The translations under genes were made by a program, and so were the position numbers. The notes under the pieces were generated by a model that saw nothing but the letters and a program-made list of their open reading frames with translations, made no database searches and was not told where the DNA came from. A stretch of 64,000 nt of DNA from Neodothiora populina (lineage: Eukaryota), in assembly GCF_041146345.1 (NCBI RefSeq), contig NW_027191413.1, forward strand, positions 2,418,001-2,482,000, written 5' to 3'. Every line of letters begins with the position of its first letter. Position 1 is the first letter of the stretch. Positions 25,094 through 38,100 of the stretch are shown piece after piece.

Positions 25094-26041
25094 ATGACAT
25101 CTGCAGACATGCATGTCCCCAGAAGTAATATGCGAGCCTTGCTCCCTCAACTGTCAGCATCTTTGAGCTCCTTCCAATCATCGAGTTCGGCGTTGCGCGT
25201 AGTCAAGAGCATCAGCGCCTCGAGCAGCAGCAGTGTCGGAAATGAAAGCGACCATCAATCCCCGAAGACTCTTATAATCCTCGATTCCTCATTCAACCCG
25301 CCCTCAAAAGCTCATCTCGCTCTGGCGCGTTCCGCCCTAGATGAGAGCTTCACTAAATCACTCACATCACCCATCCGATTCATGCTCCTGTTCAGCACGC
25401 ACAATGCAGACAAAGCCCCCAGCGCGGCTTCGTTTCCTCAGCGACTAGCACTCATGACTCTCTTCGCAATGGACCTACTGCAAGATCTACAAACAAAGAC
25501 ATCGTCATCGACGACGACATCAACAACAATACCGACTATCGATATCGCGCTGACAAACGCACCCTACTACACGGACAAGAGCGCCGCCATAACGAAAGAA
25601 GGAGAGAACGTCAATGGGGCTCAAGCCACCCACGTGCATCTAATGGGCTTTGACACCATCACACGCTTCTTCGCTGCCAAATACTACCCGGAGTACCACC
25701 CGCCGCTCTCGGCGTTGAGTCCATTCTTCGAAGCTGGACACCGGCTACGGGTGACGTTACGGCCGTCGGATGAGTTCGGGACCGTCGAGGAGCAGAGGGC
25801 GTTCATTGCCAGACTTGCGGATGGGGAGATGGAGGTGGACGGCGGGAAGAGAGAATGGGCGAAGCAGATTGACATCACCGAAGCGCCTGAAGGAGCAGGG
25901 GTGAGTAGCACGAAAGTAAGGAAAGCTGCGAAAGCAGGAGATTGGGACGAGGTGAACCAGCTGTGCACTGATAGCGTAGCCGAAGCGGTGCGCGAAGAAG
26001 CGGTATATGCTGAAGACGCTAGAGGAAGTAAAATGGCTTGA
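25094..26041 (+). CDS. POF1: Pof1-like nicotinamide mononucleotide adenylyltransferase (cytidylyltransferase-like fold)
   Basis: ILDSSFNPPSKAH, FSTHNADK, MGFDTITRFF..KYY and GVSSTKVR in an intronless ORF. Confidence 0.8.
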   Translation: MTSADMHVPRSNMRALLPQLSASLSSFQSSSSALRVVKSISASSSSSVGNESDHQSPKTLIILDSSFNPPSKAHLALARSALDESFTKSLTSPIRFMLLFSTHNADKAPSAASFPQRLALMTLFAMDLLQDLQTKTSSSTTTSTTIPTIDIALTNAPYYTDKSAAITKEGENVNGAQATHVHLMGFDTITRFFAAKYYPEYHPPLSALSPFFEAGHRLRVTLRPSDEFGTVEEQRAFIARLADGEMEVDGGKREWAKQIDITEAPEGAGVSSTKVRKAAKAGDWDEVNQLCTDSVAEAVREEAVYAEDARGSKMA

Positions 26042-26353
26042 TATTGGTCGTTCCCTCAAAAATTAGATACAGGATTCGCCGTGCCTCGCTCTGATTGCGT
26101 CTGCACGTATGCTAGACTATCGGTATCTTGAAGCGACGCTGTACACATATATCGAACAACAACAATGACCCAAGGGGTACGACTCCAGGCGCCTTGTGAA
26201 TGAAAAGAGGACCCTCTAGTTCCAGCTCCCTCGACCCGACCACCTCAGGTCCATGTGCAGGGCATCGTATGTTTATCGCCTTCACCTGTACTCCACTTCA
26301 TCGTCGGCGAATGTCAAACACTTCATCAGTTGAGCCTTATCTTGAGCTCACAT

Positions 26354-26990
26354 TCAAATGGCGATCCACATGACGCTGACGACAACGTCCATACCCTTTG
26401 CTTCACCGCCCTCGTACTTGAAGCTCCACATGCCATCCTTTTCCGTGTTCCAGTAGGCTCCTGAGGCCGAGTGCATGCCTCGTCGGCCGACCTTTGCCGG
26501 ATCGCTGCTCGATTGGCTGTCGGAACCGGTGGGACGGGGATCAGAGAGATGCTGGATTATAGTGCTATTGACTGCGAACTTGAATGGTGCTTGGGCATCT
26601 GCGGGCGCATTTGCGGGTTTTGACTCGGAGATGAGAGACGAGAGGATCTTGCCCTGTAGTGCAGAAGAGAGCTTGTTAGATCACGGGTCGACATGATATA
26701 GATGCAGCCTAGCAGGGTTGAATTGGGAAAAATCGTACAATGATTGCGTTGTTCCATTGCTCGGTTTGTGAATGGTTGTAGCTCTCTGCCTTCTCTAATG
26801 CCGAGTCGCACGCCTTGCCATTGATCAGCAAACGACAAACACCACAAGCACCTCGATCTACCAGCCTAAGGGACATACATCGGTGGCTATTTGCTTGAGT
26901 CTCTGGAGGGACACGGGCTACGGCACGTGGTTAGTCCGATGATGCGCTTGGAATGGACCACAACGTGTTTTGGGGTCATACTGAAGACAT
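26354..26990 (-). CDS. Dynein light chain Tctex-1
   Basis: Four exons: MSS | PVSLQRLKQIATD | ACDSALEKAESYNHSQTEQWNNAII | GKILSSLISE...FKFAVNSTIIQH...RRGMHSASGAYWNTEKDGMWSFKY...DVVVSVMWIAI*. It is absent from the ORF track. Confidence 0.9.
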
Positions 26991-27584
26991 GATGCCAAGT
27001 GTGTAATGCAGGAGTTGAATCCAGGAGGGGGCGATTCAATGGCTGAAAGTGGTTTCGGAGGCGAAAGGATCTTCCAAGAAATCCAACTCTATTCCTTTTG
27101 ATGCTCGAAATGATGCAAAGTCTTGTACTTTTTGATACTTGTGATACTTAGAGTTCCTGGAAGCAAAAACGTTTGTTTACAACGAGTAAAAGCGCAGGTC
27201 ATCGTTGGTGCAAGTCTCCCCCGCATCAATGCATCAACCAACCACCAACGCTCGTCCACTCAGCCTCAATCCTTCGCGCCTCGAAAAACACTCGGCAAAA
27301 AGACTATCTTCCAATCTTGACCTTCATGGAGAACCATGCTCGTGAAATGATCCCATTCGGGCAGTGCTTCTTGGTCCTGTGACCGCTGGATCTACTGATG
27401 ATCTGCGAAAGGTAGGATATATAGACCCGGCGACATGCTCGCCATTGGTGCGGTAGGTCTTTATTACTCTGATATCTTCCTCCCACGTCTATTACAAGAC
27501 TCTGTCTACATCCAATTACATTTCATTGAGGTGCAAGAAAAAAAAAGACAAGAACAACTGCAAAGGAAAACTCGTATCTCGACC

Positions 27585-28636
27585 ATGTCTGTTGCGAGTC
27601 AAATCCAGCAGAATGCAGCTCAAAACTCTGCTTTGCTCAATGTGCTTGCTGAAACAGATCATGCACCACCGACACTACAGCAGCACAAGGCGTATATCAC
27701 GGATCTTGAAAACGAGATCAGAGACCTGGATGCCCATATCAAGAAGCTTGAAGCCAGTCGAGCAAAGGAATTAAAGGGGCATGAGGCATATCGAGACTCG
27801 GTCATGAAGCGCTTTGCCTACAAAGTTAGCAGAAGGACCGACAAATTCGAAGCAAAAGCAAGCAAAGAAGAAAGGGAGTACTTCGATGCGCTTCATGACG
27901 AGCATATAATCAAGGAGACCCGTAAAGACATCGCGTGTCGTCTGGAAGAGGCGAATCACGCAAAGTCAAACCTCGAAAGTGTTGCCGCTCAGCATGTAAA
28001 AGCACAGCAGGATCTGGACGCTCTATATGACTCCATCTTCGAGGGACCCACCCCCGAATTTCCTGACGAAGACCAGAAGGAACAGGCTGCCTCGAACGCT
28101 TTGCAGACTTACCATAATCTGCGTACCAGAGCAGAAGCCGAGGGCCAGGCCGTGCAGATTCTAGGACAGGCTCAGCGCAAAATGCACACTGCCATGGCAG
28201 CTATGGCCGAGGCGCGAGATTATAGCCGCATGGACATGTTCGGCGGCGGTACTATGTCTGATATGATGGAGCGTAATGCTCTAAGGCTGAAGTTCTTGTA
28301 GCTCAGACTCAGACCGACTTCGCACAAGCACAGAGGATGTCAAATTCAGTCAGAAACCTACCGCCTGTCAACGTCGCAAGAGGAAATGCAATGGGCGACA
28401 TTCTGTTTGACAACATATTCTCCGATATGGACTTCCACGAGAAGATCAAGGCATCCGAGGCCGAAGTTCAGCGGGCAGCTGCCGCGGTCAACGAGGAGGC
28501 CAATGCAGCCAAACAACGACACGTAAACATGTCTCAAGAGCTGACACAGGTTGGACGAGCATTGGATGATTCACGCTTAGCCTTGCAAAAAGCACGCGAG
28601 CTCGCATTCGAACGTGTGAACGGGACCGCTTACTAG
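27585..28636 (+). pseudogene. Coiled-coil hypothetical protein gene interrupted by a frameshift near 28280 (pseudogene or assembly error)
   Basis: The ORF from ATG 27585 ends at TAG 28299-28301. A second frame opens at ~28283 (KAEVLVAQ...RMSNSVRNLPPVNVARG) and runs to 28636. No intron-sized GT-AG gap joins the two. Confidence 0.6.
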
Positions 28637-28683
28637 TATCTATAGCTACACCGGCACTAATTAATGCTCCAAATCATACACGT

Positions 28684-29388
28684 TTAGTTGCTTCTGAAAT
28701 CCTCTAGTCTTGTCCTCTGCTTTGCCGCCTCGTCGAAATTGTCAGCGCTCAGCCAACTTTGAAATGCTTTTTTACACCCCGGCCATTCTCCATCAAGCAT
28801 CGAGAACCATGTCGTGTCTCGATTCTTTCCTCGCTGGAACATATGCTGCCTGAACATTCCTTCGTATGTGAAGCCTAGTCTCAGTGCTGCGCGTCTCGAC
28901 GGCATGTTCAGGGAGTTGCATTTCCACTCAAACCGCCTATAGCCTAAATCCTCGAAAACGTGCGAAGCAAGCAGGAATATGGCTTCCGTGGCCGCCGGGG
29001 TCCGTTGCAGCTTCGGCGTGTAGAGGACATGGCCAACCTCGACGACACGGTTTGCAGCGTCTATACGCATCAGTGCGAATTGGCCGACTGGCTTCCCGAC
29101 TTCACCACTGCCATCATTATTCAAAAGGATTGTGTAGAATATTGTGGCGTTGTCCGCAGCTTGTCTCGCTAAGGCTTTGGAAAGGTCTTCGATGGTGTCG
29201 TATGGTCCGTCGAAGAGGTATTGGTAGAGCGACGCATGCGCTGAACCTCCTGTTTGTTCGAATAGGGCGGGAGCGTGTGCTGCAGTTGTTCCCACAATGG
29301 TTACATGTTCGCCTGCTAGGCGAATATTCTTAGATGGGAATGGTGCAGGGCTGGTATCAAACATTTCATCAGGGTGTGTTTCAGACAT
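28684..29388 (-). CDS. GNAT acetyltransferase, RimJ/RimL-like family
   Basis: Intronless 234-aa ORF with VEVGHVLY..LQRTPAATEA, LGYRRFEWKCNSLN..SRRAALRLGFTYEG.FRQHM...NRDTTWFSMLD.EWP. Confidence 0.9.
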   Translation of the reverse strand: MSETHPDEMFDTSPAPFPSKNIRLAGEHVTIVGTTAAHAPALFEQTGGSAHASLYQYLFDGPYDTIEDLSKALARQAADNATIFYTILLNNDGSGEVGKPVGQFALMRIDAANRVVEVGHVLYTPKLQRTPAATEAIFLLASHVFEDLGYRRFEWKCNSLNMPSRRAALRLGFTYEGMFRQHMFQRGKNRDTTWFSMLDGEWPGCKKAFQSWLSADNFDEAAKQRTRLEDFRSN

Positions 29389-30476
29389 GCTGTACTATCG
29401 TTCGATGTAGTAGTTCGATAGCATTGATAACACTGGAGCTTTATGATTTAATGTCACAGTGGTTCGTCTGGTCGTGTGTGTGACTCATAACATTGTGTTT
29501 ACCGTGCCAAGTAAGATATCTCTTACCAAGATCTTTTGGATATGTCAAAAGATCGCGTGTCGCGCCCTACAGTGTACTCAGCGCCACAACGGTGACTCCA
29601 AGCAGAACGTCGGTATGATGTTCCTTAAGCGATGTCGTAAGTGACGAACAGTGTATCACACGGCGATAGTGTCGCTAAAGCCCGTGTTGTGTGGGCGTGT
29701 TTCCTGGTCTACTTACATCTTGTGTAGGTGACGTGGAACTTCTTCTTTCACACTTCGTACTTGAAGACTTTACAATCAAATTGATCAGTCGTCTGTATGA
29801 GATTCGAGTAAAACGCAAGGACTCAAGATCATTCGACGATGTATTCGCAACATATCTTCTTTCCACCTAATGGCACGTGAGAAGAAGCTTCTTGGTCCAC
29901 CGAGAGGCCGAGGCACGATATGCGTCTTCTCTTCGCGATTGAACGACAGTACAAGAGTATCGTTCGGGCCATATCTCCAGTAACAAGTATCTCGCATTCA
30001 AGTGACGATGCCTATGTGTAGCTAACGTTGCAGCTGCAGGACACACTTTGTCCACGTTATAGGATTGGCTCTATATCTTCCTTGGGCCCCGCATCTGCTG
30101 CAACCCATCCATCCAACCACCCCTCACTTGCAGATCTCTGGTGCTTCTACGATGATGGAGTTACATAAAATCATAGCGGCAACTAGACCACATCGCTGTT
30201 TCTTTGTTTCTCCCCCCCCCCCTCCTTCTCGGATAATACCAGAAACTTTACTGCGGCTCCTGGGTGAGATTCAAAATGCATCACCTGCAGACGGATCAAT
30301 TCTACCACTCGCTGGGCCGATGACTGTATGCAAGACTTCTGCCGAAGAGCAGCACTTCGGTTGTTCCTGTGGCGTTGCTGTTGGGTGAATCGTATAGACC
30401 TATATATATTCGGTAGGTAGATGATGCCATTGAGTGATGATTCCATTGCTCTCCGCTTTCCTCGCCTCCTTTCAAG

Positions 30477-31946
30477 ATGCATATGTCTCTCCTCCTCGCT
30501 GGTGTTTTGTCTTTGGCCACTCGTGGACTCTCCTATCCCGGATACAGTCCTCGCAGCGATGCCGCTTCGTCGTGGCCTAACGCTCCATTCCACACTTCAG
30601 GACGAGACATCAAAAATACACTGGACGAGACAGTCGTGTACGCCGGTGTCAATTGGCCAGGAGCAGCCGATGTCATGATCCCCGAGGGTCTGCAGTATCA
30701 GTCTGTCGCAGACATTGTATCGAAGATCAAGAGCCTCGGGATGAATGTCATTCGCCTGACGTATGCGATCGAGATGATCGATGATGTCTACGAAGGTGGC
30801 GACGTCTCATTGCAGGATGCTACCAGTATTGCGCTTGGCTCGGAGAATGGCACAAAAGTGCTGAATGAGATATTGGCTGCTAATCCAACATTCAGCACCA
30901 ACACTACTAGATTGCAGGTCAGGTGGTCTAATGTACTACCACTTAGATTCATGCTGAATTCGTTGTATTCAGGTCTTCGATGCTGTCGCAGAAGAGTGTT
31001 ATAAGCAGCAGATCTACGTCCACCTTGACAACCACGTGTCAAAAGGAATATGGTGTTGCTCTCACGATGATGGGAATTCATGGTTTAGGGGTAACGATGC
31101 TCCCCCAGAGATTGCACCAACGGTCTTTCGTTGACTTCTAGCAACAGACCTCTACTTCAATGTAGCCAACTGGCAGCGTGGTCTGGCCTACATGGCCGAC
31201 CACATCAAGTCATGGCCAGCCTTGACTTCCATGTCCCTACGCAACGAGCTCCGCTTCACAGACGTCAGCGACTCAGCAAACGCAACCTACGACTGGACGA
31301 CATGGCACGAGAACGTCGTGCCCGCAGCCAACGGCATCAACGCTGCCAACCCAGACACTCTGATATTCTTCTCCGGCCTAGGTTACGACACCCAGATGGC
31401 TCCCGTGGTGGAAGCAAGCGATCTAGGCAATGGCAGCAGATTCTTACTCAGCGACTTCAGCTACGCCGACAAGATTGTCTTCGAGCTGCACAACTACGAC
31501 AGCAGCGCGACGTCTTGCAGCCAGATCAACAGTGATCTGTACGACAACGGCTACAACGCAATGGACACTTCGAACACCTCGACCGCAGTCAATATTGCCC
31601 CGGTCGTATTGACCGAGTTTGGATTCATGCAGGACAACTCTACTTACCTCAAGCCGTACGCTCAGTGCATCAAGGAGTACTTGACTGGTCTTGATGGAGG
31701 GCCCGGAGGCTGGATGCAGTGGGACTTTTCAGGGAGTTACTATATCCGCGAGGGGACTCAAGACATGGACGAGACTTGGGGTAAGTCACACAGGCCCGGG
31801 ATTTACAGACCTTTGAGAGACGTAAATGGCAGATTGCTAACGAATAATGTCGAACGATAGGTCTCACGACTCACGACTGGTCCGATTGGCGCTCGGCTGC
31901 AGCATTGGACTTTACTGAAGTATTCGTAGACGAGACTCTGGGCTGA
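30477..31946 (+). CDS. Secreted glycoside hydrolase family 5 (possibly beta-1,6-galactanase-like subfamily)
   Basis: Signal peptide, GVNWPGA..VMIPEGLQYQS, VHLDNHVSK..WCCS, acid/base motif LRNELR and nucleophile motif VLTEFG. Three introns; stop TGA at 31944-31946. Confidence 0.88.
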
Positions 31947-33161
31947 TTCTGCCTGTGAATTCTTTCGTTCGAAGTAACCGGTCATTGGCTGACTAGTGTC
32001 TAATTATACTCACGTACTTCAGAACATGGTGAATGATGGATCTTTTCATAGTCGTGTCGATTAGATTCTTTTGTCACCCAAACAAGCACTGGACGTAAAT
32101 CATGATGATTTGCGATGTCTCGTTGTCCTTCAACCATGTCTTCCCTGCGATACAATCGTCAAAGCGGTTTCCGTGAAGTGACAGTACTATAGCCAACATA
32201 CCCAATTTACCCACTATAGTATACCCAGTACTGTACGACAAGGGCGAGTGTGGATGGACAATAATGCATTTGTGCCAAGCTTATGCCATTGCCTAACAAA
32301 TGAGAGAACGCCGGCGCAGCAATGGAGCTCAGCCGCCCGGCGGCCATGATCAACCCGAGCTTCTCTCGAAGGCCCATGTACCTTTGCTTGACCTTAGCTA
32401 CCTTACCTTACATTGTCTTTGCTCGAGGTAGCTTGAGCTCTCGGGAGACACTCCCTTGTGAGGAGCCCATATCACCTTGACCGTTTCAGTTTCGACATTA
32501 CATAACTGTAAGATGTCTCGATTGCATCGTAGGCCCAGGGCCGAATTCGAGGTCGACTTCGAAATGAAGAGAGAGACAGGGAGAAGCTGAGTGAGGATGA
32601 GAATAGTAAGTTCTTCAGAGTGGTAATGTGTATGTACAAGAAAAAGGTCTGATAACCTTCCTTTCCTTCCTTTTCCTCCTTCCCAAAAGAGAAAGCATGA
32701 CGATGTTAGCAAAAGATCATTGCTCCTCCGGTGTGTTTTTCTCTTCTTCTTCAGATATCAAATCAGTCAGATCAGTCGTTCCAGCCAGCGCTCCAGTCGC
32801 TGAGGTCATTCTTTCTTTTCTAGTGTTACAGATAATATTTTCCTTTTTCCTTCTTTTCTCATAGGCGGCGTGTAGCTCTTCGCACTGAAGAGCTCGCCGC
32901 CTTTGTTCGTCGGCCTCTTTCGTTGGACTGGGGAGATCCTTTCTGATGCTGCCGTTGTCCTTTTTCCCACCCGCAAAATACAAGGATGAGGAGAGACTGT
33001 CGCCCCGAAGCTTTTGAATGGACACCGAGAGCTTCAAGTCGAGTTGCTGAAGAACAAAGAGCAGGTCAACGAGGTACAAAACAAGAGGGCCAATTATGGC
33101 CAAATGAAAACAATACGAGAGAGTTGAGAGGTGTCTTGCCAAAGGCCGAGATGCTGACGGA

Positions 33162-34572
33162 TCAATAGTCGCCGAACAAGCATTCCAGCTCATCCAGCTC
33201 AATATTCTCCGGGCTCATCAGCTCGCCATCGAGCCAAGGGTTCCAGGCACCCATGGCCTCGGTGACGTCGGTCCTTGAATCGACAGGCATAGCATCGGTG
33301 GGAAGATCCTGCTTTCCAACTATAGATGCGTGCCAGGCAGATGCCAGCATCATACCTTGGCCGGCGTTGGGTTCGGCCTGAGCGAGCTCGTTGGGGTCGA
33401 GCGGCTTGATCATTGGGCTACTGAACTCGTAGATGGTACTGACAGAGTTCGAGAGTCCATGGTCCGCAAAAAGAGCAGCAGCGTCTGCGTGATTTCGAAG
33501 CGCCAGACTTTCTTCCGATTCCTCGGGATCGTGCTCCACAGACATTGCCACGCTCTCGCCATTGTCGATCTCATGCATCTTCAGCGCCATGGTGCTGTCT
33601 TGGCTGGTGCGACGAAGCTCTTGAAGTGCGTTGGCGGTCTGCTTGAAATCGCGCTCCTCCTTCTCCAGAGGTGGGCTGTCTGCACGGCGGTTGTGCGACA
33701 GATTGCTGGAAGTAGGAGGGTGGTCGCGAGGAAGAGAACCGCGATGGCTGAACGAGCTGCTCATGTGTGCGGTTGGCTCGTCATCGTCGAGCTCGGGGCT
33801 TGACAAATCCACCTCGGGTGAGGGAGACATGTGGGCGCGTTGACGGTTGTACTTCGCGTCCTCCTCGTCAGCGGAGGAAAGAGATGGCGAAATGATACGA
33901 CGGGCGGCGATGATGGATACATTGGTTTGGTTCATTTCCGGGATTGGTTGGTGTGGTTGCGTCGTCAAGAAATAATACAAGGGTCGCGGGTGGACCGTCG
34001 ACTGGTACTTAGCAAGTGGACATGGGCTAATGGTAGGCCATGCACGGTTCAGGTAAGAGGTGAGGCGAGAAGAGATGAGGTTGGCCGGGTTGGCGGACCT
34101 GCGAGGATGGTCAGCAAGTGTTTGTCAACAAACAGGAAACCGCGCAACAAGCTTACTTCTCAACAGCTGCAATGTTGTGGCAGAGTATGGCGGCGAGCTC
34201 TTTGACCAGATGCGGTCTGTTGCCCGTCTTTTCGAGCTGGCGGATGGTGCCCACGACAACATCGTCCTTGATGCCATCCGTATCGATTCTGTGAACGGTC
34301 TCGGTTCCTGGCGAGGGTGGCGGCGTGTGTTCTGCCAGTCGCGATGGCGGCTCGGCCTTGATGCGAATGTTTGTTGACGTGGGCGGGCTCATGGACGTGG
34401 GAGGCGGTGTCGTGGTGGCATGCGACCATTTGGGCTTCTTGGTCGTGGGCTCATCATCGACGACGGTGGCGGGCGGTGACGGGTGCGTTACAGACGAAGC
34501 TCTCGCGCGCTTGGGTAACTGAATACCAAGATCCGCGATGGAGAAAGACTTCTTTCTGGTGTTGTAACCCAT
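33162..34572 (-). CDS. GDS1-like winged-helix domain protein
   Basis: MGYNTRKKSFS..LGIQLP, IKDDVVVGTIRQLEKTGNRPHLVKELAAIL, then after one intron SANPANLISSRL...HPRPLYYFLTTQPHQP. The C-terminus is SPENIELDELECLF. Confidence 0.7.
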
Positions 34573-35097
34573 TTTGGCTCGAAGGGGAAGTTCAGGAGAG
34601 ATGAAATAAGATTACAAGCTGATGGGTGATATGAATCAAGATGATGAATAGAAAAAAGATTAATGTGCAAATCGCGGTCAGAAGCGCAGCGTGTCGTCGT
34701 AATTGTTTCGATGTTGTTGCGCTCTGGAGTCGTGTTTCCTAATGGCTACAGTATTGGGAGAAATGTAGGCGGGCACGGCAGCTTGTGGCGCGAGCTCGTT
34801 GATTGGTCGATCGGAGGAATGCGGTCAGAAAGTCGCGGCGTGTGAGTGTTTGTCGAGCCTTGCTTTGGAAATAAACCAAGGTGCTCGGGATTGATTTGCA
34901 GCAGGCGAAATTAATGCAAGGTTGGATTGGGAGAACTGTGACCGTTTGGCAGTGCGTTGCAAGGAGAAACGAGGAGGACTGGAAGGGACGGAGACGGGTA
35001 TGCCTGGGAAGGTGGAATACGGTTGAGAAAGGAAAGGGCGTTCAAAGGGGGAAGGAAGCTCGGATCGAGAATGGGATGACGGGCAGACGCTGGCGGC

Positions 35098-35165
35098 GCT
35101 GATGCTGATGCTGATGCTGATGCTGATGCTGCTGGGTTGCTTGGTGCTGGTGCTGGTGCTGGTGC
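35098..35165. repeat. Compound hexanucleotide microsatellite (GCTGAT)5...(TGGTGC)4
   Basis: Tandem units are directly visible upstream of the GDS1-like gene. Confidence 0.9.
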
Positions 35166-38100
35166 TTTCGTGCTGAACGTGCGGACAGGGTGGTCAGAGT
35201 GTCCGGTCCAGTGGGCAGATGGACAGGCTCCAACTTTGCGCTTGGTGCGAACGTTGCGTCGGCGGCGAAGCTTGGGCGAAATACAGTACAGTAGTTCCAG
35301 ACGGGTACTAGTGGTGGTGGTGTTTGCTACAAGAGTACCTTACAGTGCAGACTACCTTACTTAGCGAAGATGGATGCACAGTATTGTCTATGTCTTGGAC
35401 TGCTACAAGCTGATCTGGGTGAATGATGCTGAGGAGAAATTTACGTGAACTGATGATGGTGCAGAAAAGGCGGAATCAACGGATAAGATGGTTTGGATCA
35501 AGTCCACGACTGGAGGAGTGAAATGAGCAAATTGCTGACCTTGTTCGCGATAGGGGGAAAAAAGGGGACAAAGCACGCGCGAGGCAGCAACGCCGACTGG
35601 GCGGGATGGTGGTGTTGCGATGCCGCGCTGTCAGGTAGGGCTTAGTCGCTTGTCAGGGCTTTCATCTAGAGCTACTTAAGGTATGCAAGGCGAACGTCGG
35701 CACAAAACGCTAATTTACTCGATGCACCACTCTTGCTTTCGATGCATAAAAATTTTCCTTCGTGTACAGAGATACCTTGTTGTGATATGCCGAAGCCATG
35801 ACACAACCATCTCGATGCACAGATGCCTGCACATTTCGAGTCGATTGATCCCTTCACTTTTGTCTTACATGTGCTTATACATATCTCAGCTCCCCACAAG
35901 ATAGCCTTGACAGACTGTCGACTTGTCCTGAAACCGCATGCTGCAGATCAAGCAGTTTTCAGCTTCAGAGAAAGCTGGCGGACACGCGATCGGCCAGCCA
36001 GCCAGCCAGCCATTCCCGTCCTTGCATACAGTGTCTACTGGAGTGCATGATTGGGGCCACAGTATCTAGCCAATAGGGTAGCTACCTGATTTGGCTCCAT
36101 GGGCTTCCTGACATTGGCGTGATGCCATTCTAGGTTAATTGCGGGTACTTCGCAGCGGGGAGCCAAATACTGGTCAATCCGCCCGTCTGGTCCAAAAGCA
36201 ATGAAGCGGAGCCAAGCATGATAGCCAGGGACGGGAGGGTCTTATGGGTGGTCCTGACGTCGAGTCATGACGCTACTTCTCCACGTCTCTGACGAAGCTC
36301 ATTGCTGATGATCGGCTGTGTGAGGTGATGTTGTCCTCATCGATGAATGTGGATCTATTACTAGGGCTGCAGGTACGTCTGCAATGGCTCTGCTTTCTAT
36401 CCTATATGATACGTCCAGCCAGACGACGACGACTCGACATGAGCTTGGCTGAATCACACGCGTCCTCGATACCGGAAGGCCAGCGGGTTGTTCGTATGCC
36501 GAGTCGTGCGCAGGTACAATAAAAAATTGTAGGATTTCACACCTGGGGTGGCTTATCTGCCTTTGGCCAGTGCTATAATTGCTTCTTTACCGAGCCTTTC
36601 TTACTCCGGCAGCTTGAACATTCGTAGTATACGAGAGTAAGGGCCACATTGAAGCGCCGCTCGCGCTTGAGAGAGCAAGAATTGCTTATGCCTGAGCTGA
36701 TACACCTGCCTTCCGACTGCGGCGCAGCCGTTAGAATTCGGACTCAGCATACCTTACCGTAGTGTGATGTTTGCTTCTGATAAGGAAGCTTCACGAGCCA
36801 CAGCGCCAGCGCCTGCGCGTTCATTGCAAACACTCGCTCGTCTACGCGGCGAATTGTGGGGGGATGTCAGTCAGCCGGAGTTTGTCCTTTATTTGTATTA
36901 GAGTACTTGCTCAAAGACCCCAACGTCTATGCGACTCCTGCCGCAGAACTAACTTCATCCGATCGTGACTTGTGCTGGATGATCAGCAGAGAGATCACAG
37001 ATTCTACAATTAGAAGCGGGGTCATGAATACTGTACTTCTGTCTAGAGTGCACAATCATGATGCTGTAATACAGCGTCAAGATGTTGTGTTGTCCGCTCA
37101 TACTTACCTACTCTGTGCTCAAGAAACCATAGCAGTACTTTGAACCATTTGATCAATCTGGTTGACAGACGGACCGGCGCGACGAGATCACTGGTCAACC
37201 AAGTCCAGCAAGCTTCTGAAACGGCCGCAATGATAAGATAAGAGCTCCGTCAATACCTGAGCTGACAACAAATAGTCTTAAGCAGCTTCTTGTTTGCAGC
37301 GCCATGTCTCCGTACAAGACCTCATCAGAACTAGCTCCATTGATGTTCTCCGGTCCTAATATGGAACCACTGATCTGCAAGATCTTTTTCCGTTTAGGTG
37401 GCTTGCAATATGGTGACACAGGTACCATCACGCCATGCGTCGCACACTTATCGTCAATCTCAACTAGGCGTCGAGGCAATAGTTTCTAATATCTCTGTTT
37501 TACTTTGTAGCAGGATTGAATGAATCTCAGGAACCACCAACCCTTACAGTTGGTCGAGCTATGGATGGTATCGGGGCCTGCGCCTAAACTCATAGAATGA
37601 GCTAGCGAAACTTTGAAGTATCCCGCCAGGCGGCACTTCCTGCAAGACGAGCTGGGGTCGAGCAAGCCATCATATCTCAGTGTTTGGATACGTCTCTTAT
37701 CTCGCAATTGTTTCCTCGAAGCACACTACTCAGCATGATAGTCTGCCTCCGCACACCTCCGCGCGGCTGTTCTTGTGTCGATACCTCACAAGGATCCGCT
37801 CAGGATCATGGTTGTGCATCTTTGCTCCAAACTTTCTGGCACGAGGCTTGAGCTTGGAGGCAGACTCCGTTGAGATTGCGGAGTACTACGGTTATATTCC
37901 TTCCTGTACTTGGGGTATTGAAGTGTCGTTCCAGAGCAGAGACTGGTAATTCCCTGCCGCAGGGTGAGCGATGTACCAAGTCGTCTTGTATCAGCTCAAG
38001 TCGTCTCGTCCTCTGTGCTTTCATCAGACAAGAGCCTATCCTATCAGGACTTTGTCAAGTCCGCGGCCACAGCATGGTTTATGCCTCGCTGGTGGACGTC

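Noticed and set aside
32717..33202. 161-aa ORF overlapping the end of the GDS1-like gene
   Set aside because: It is out of frame with the gene, lies in the likely 3' UTR and has no motifs.
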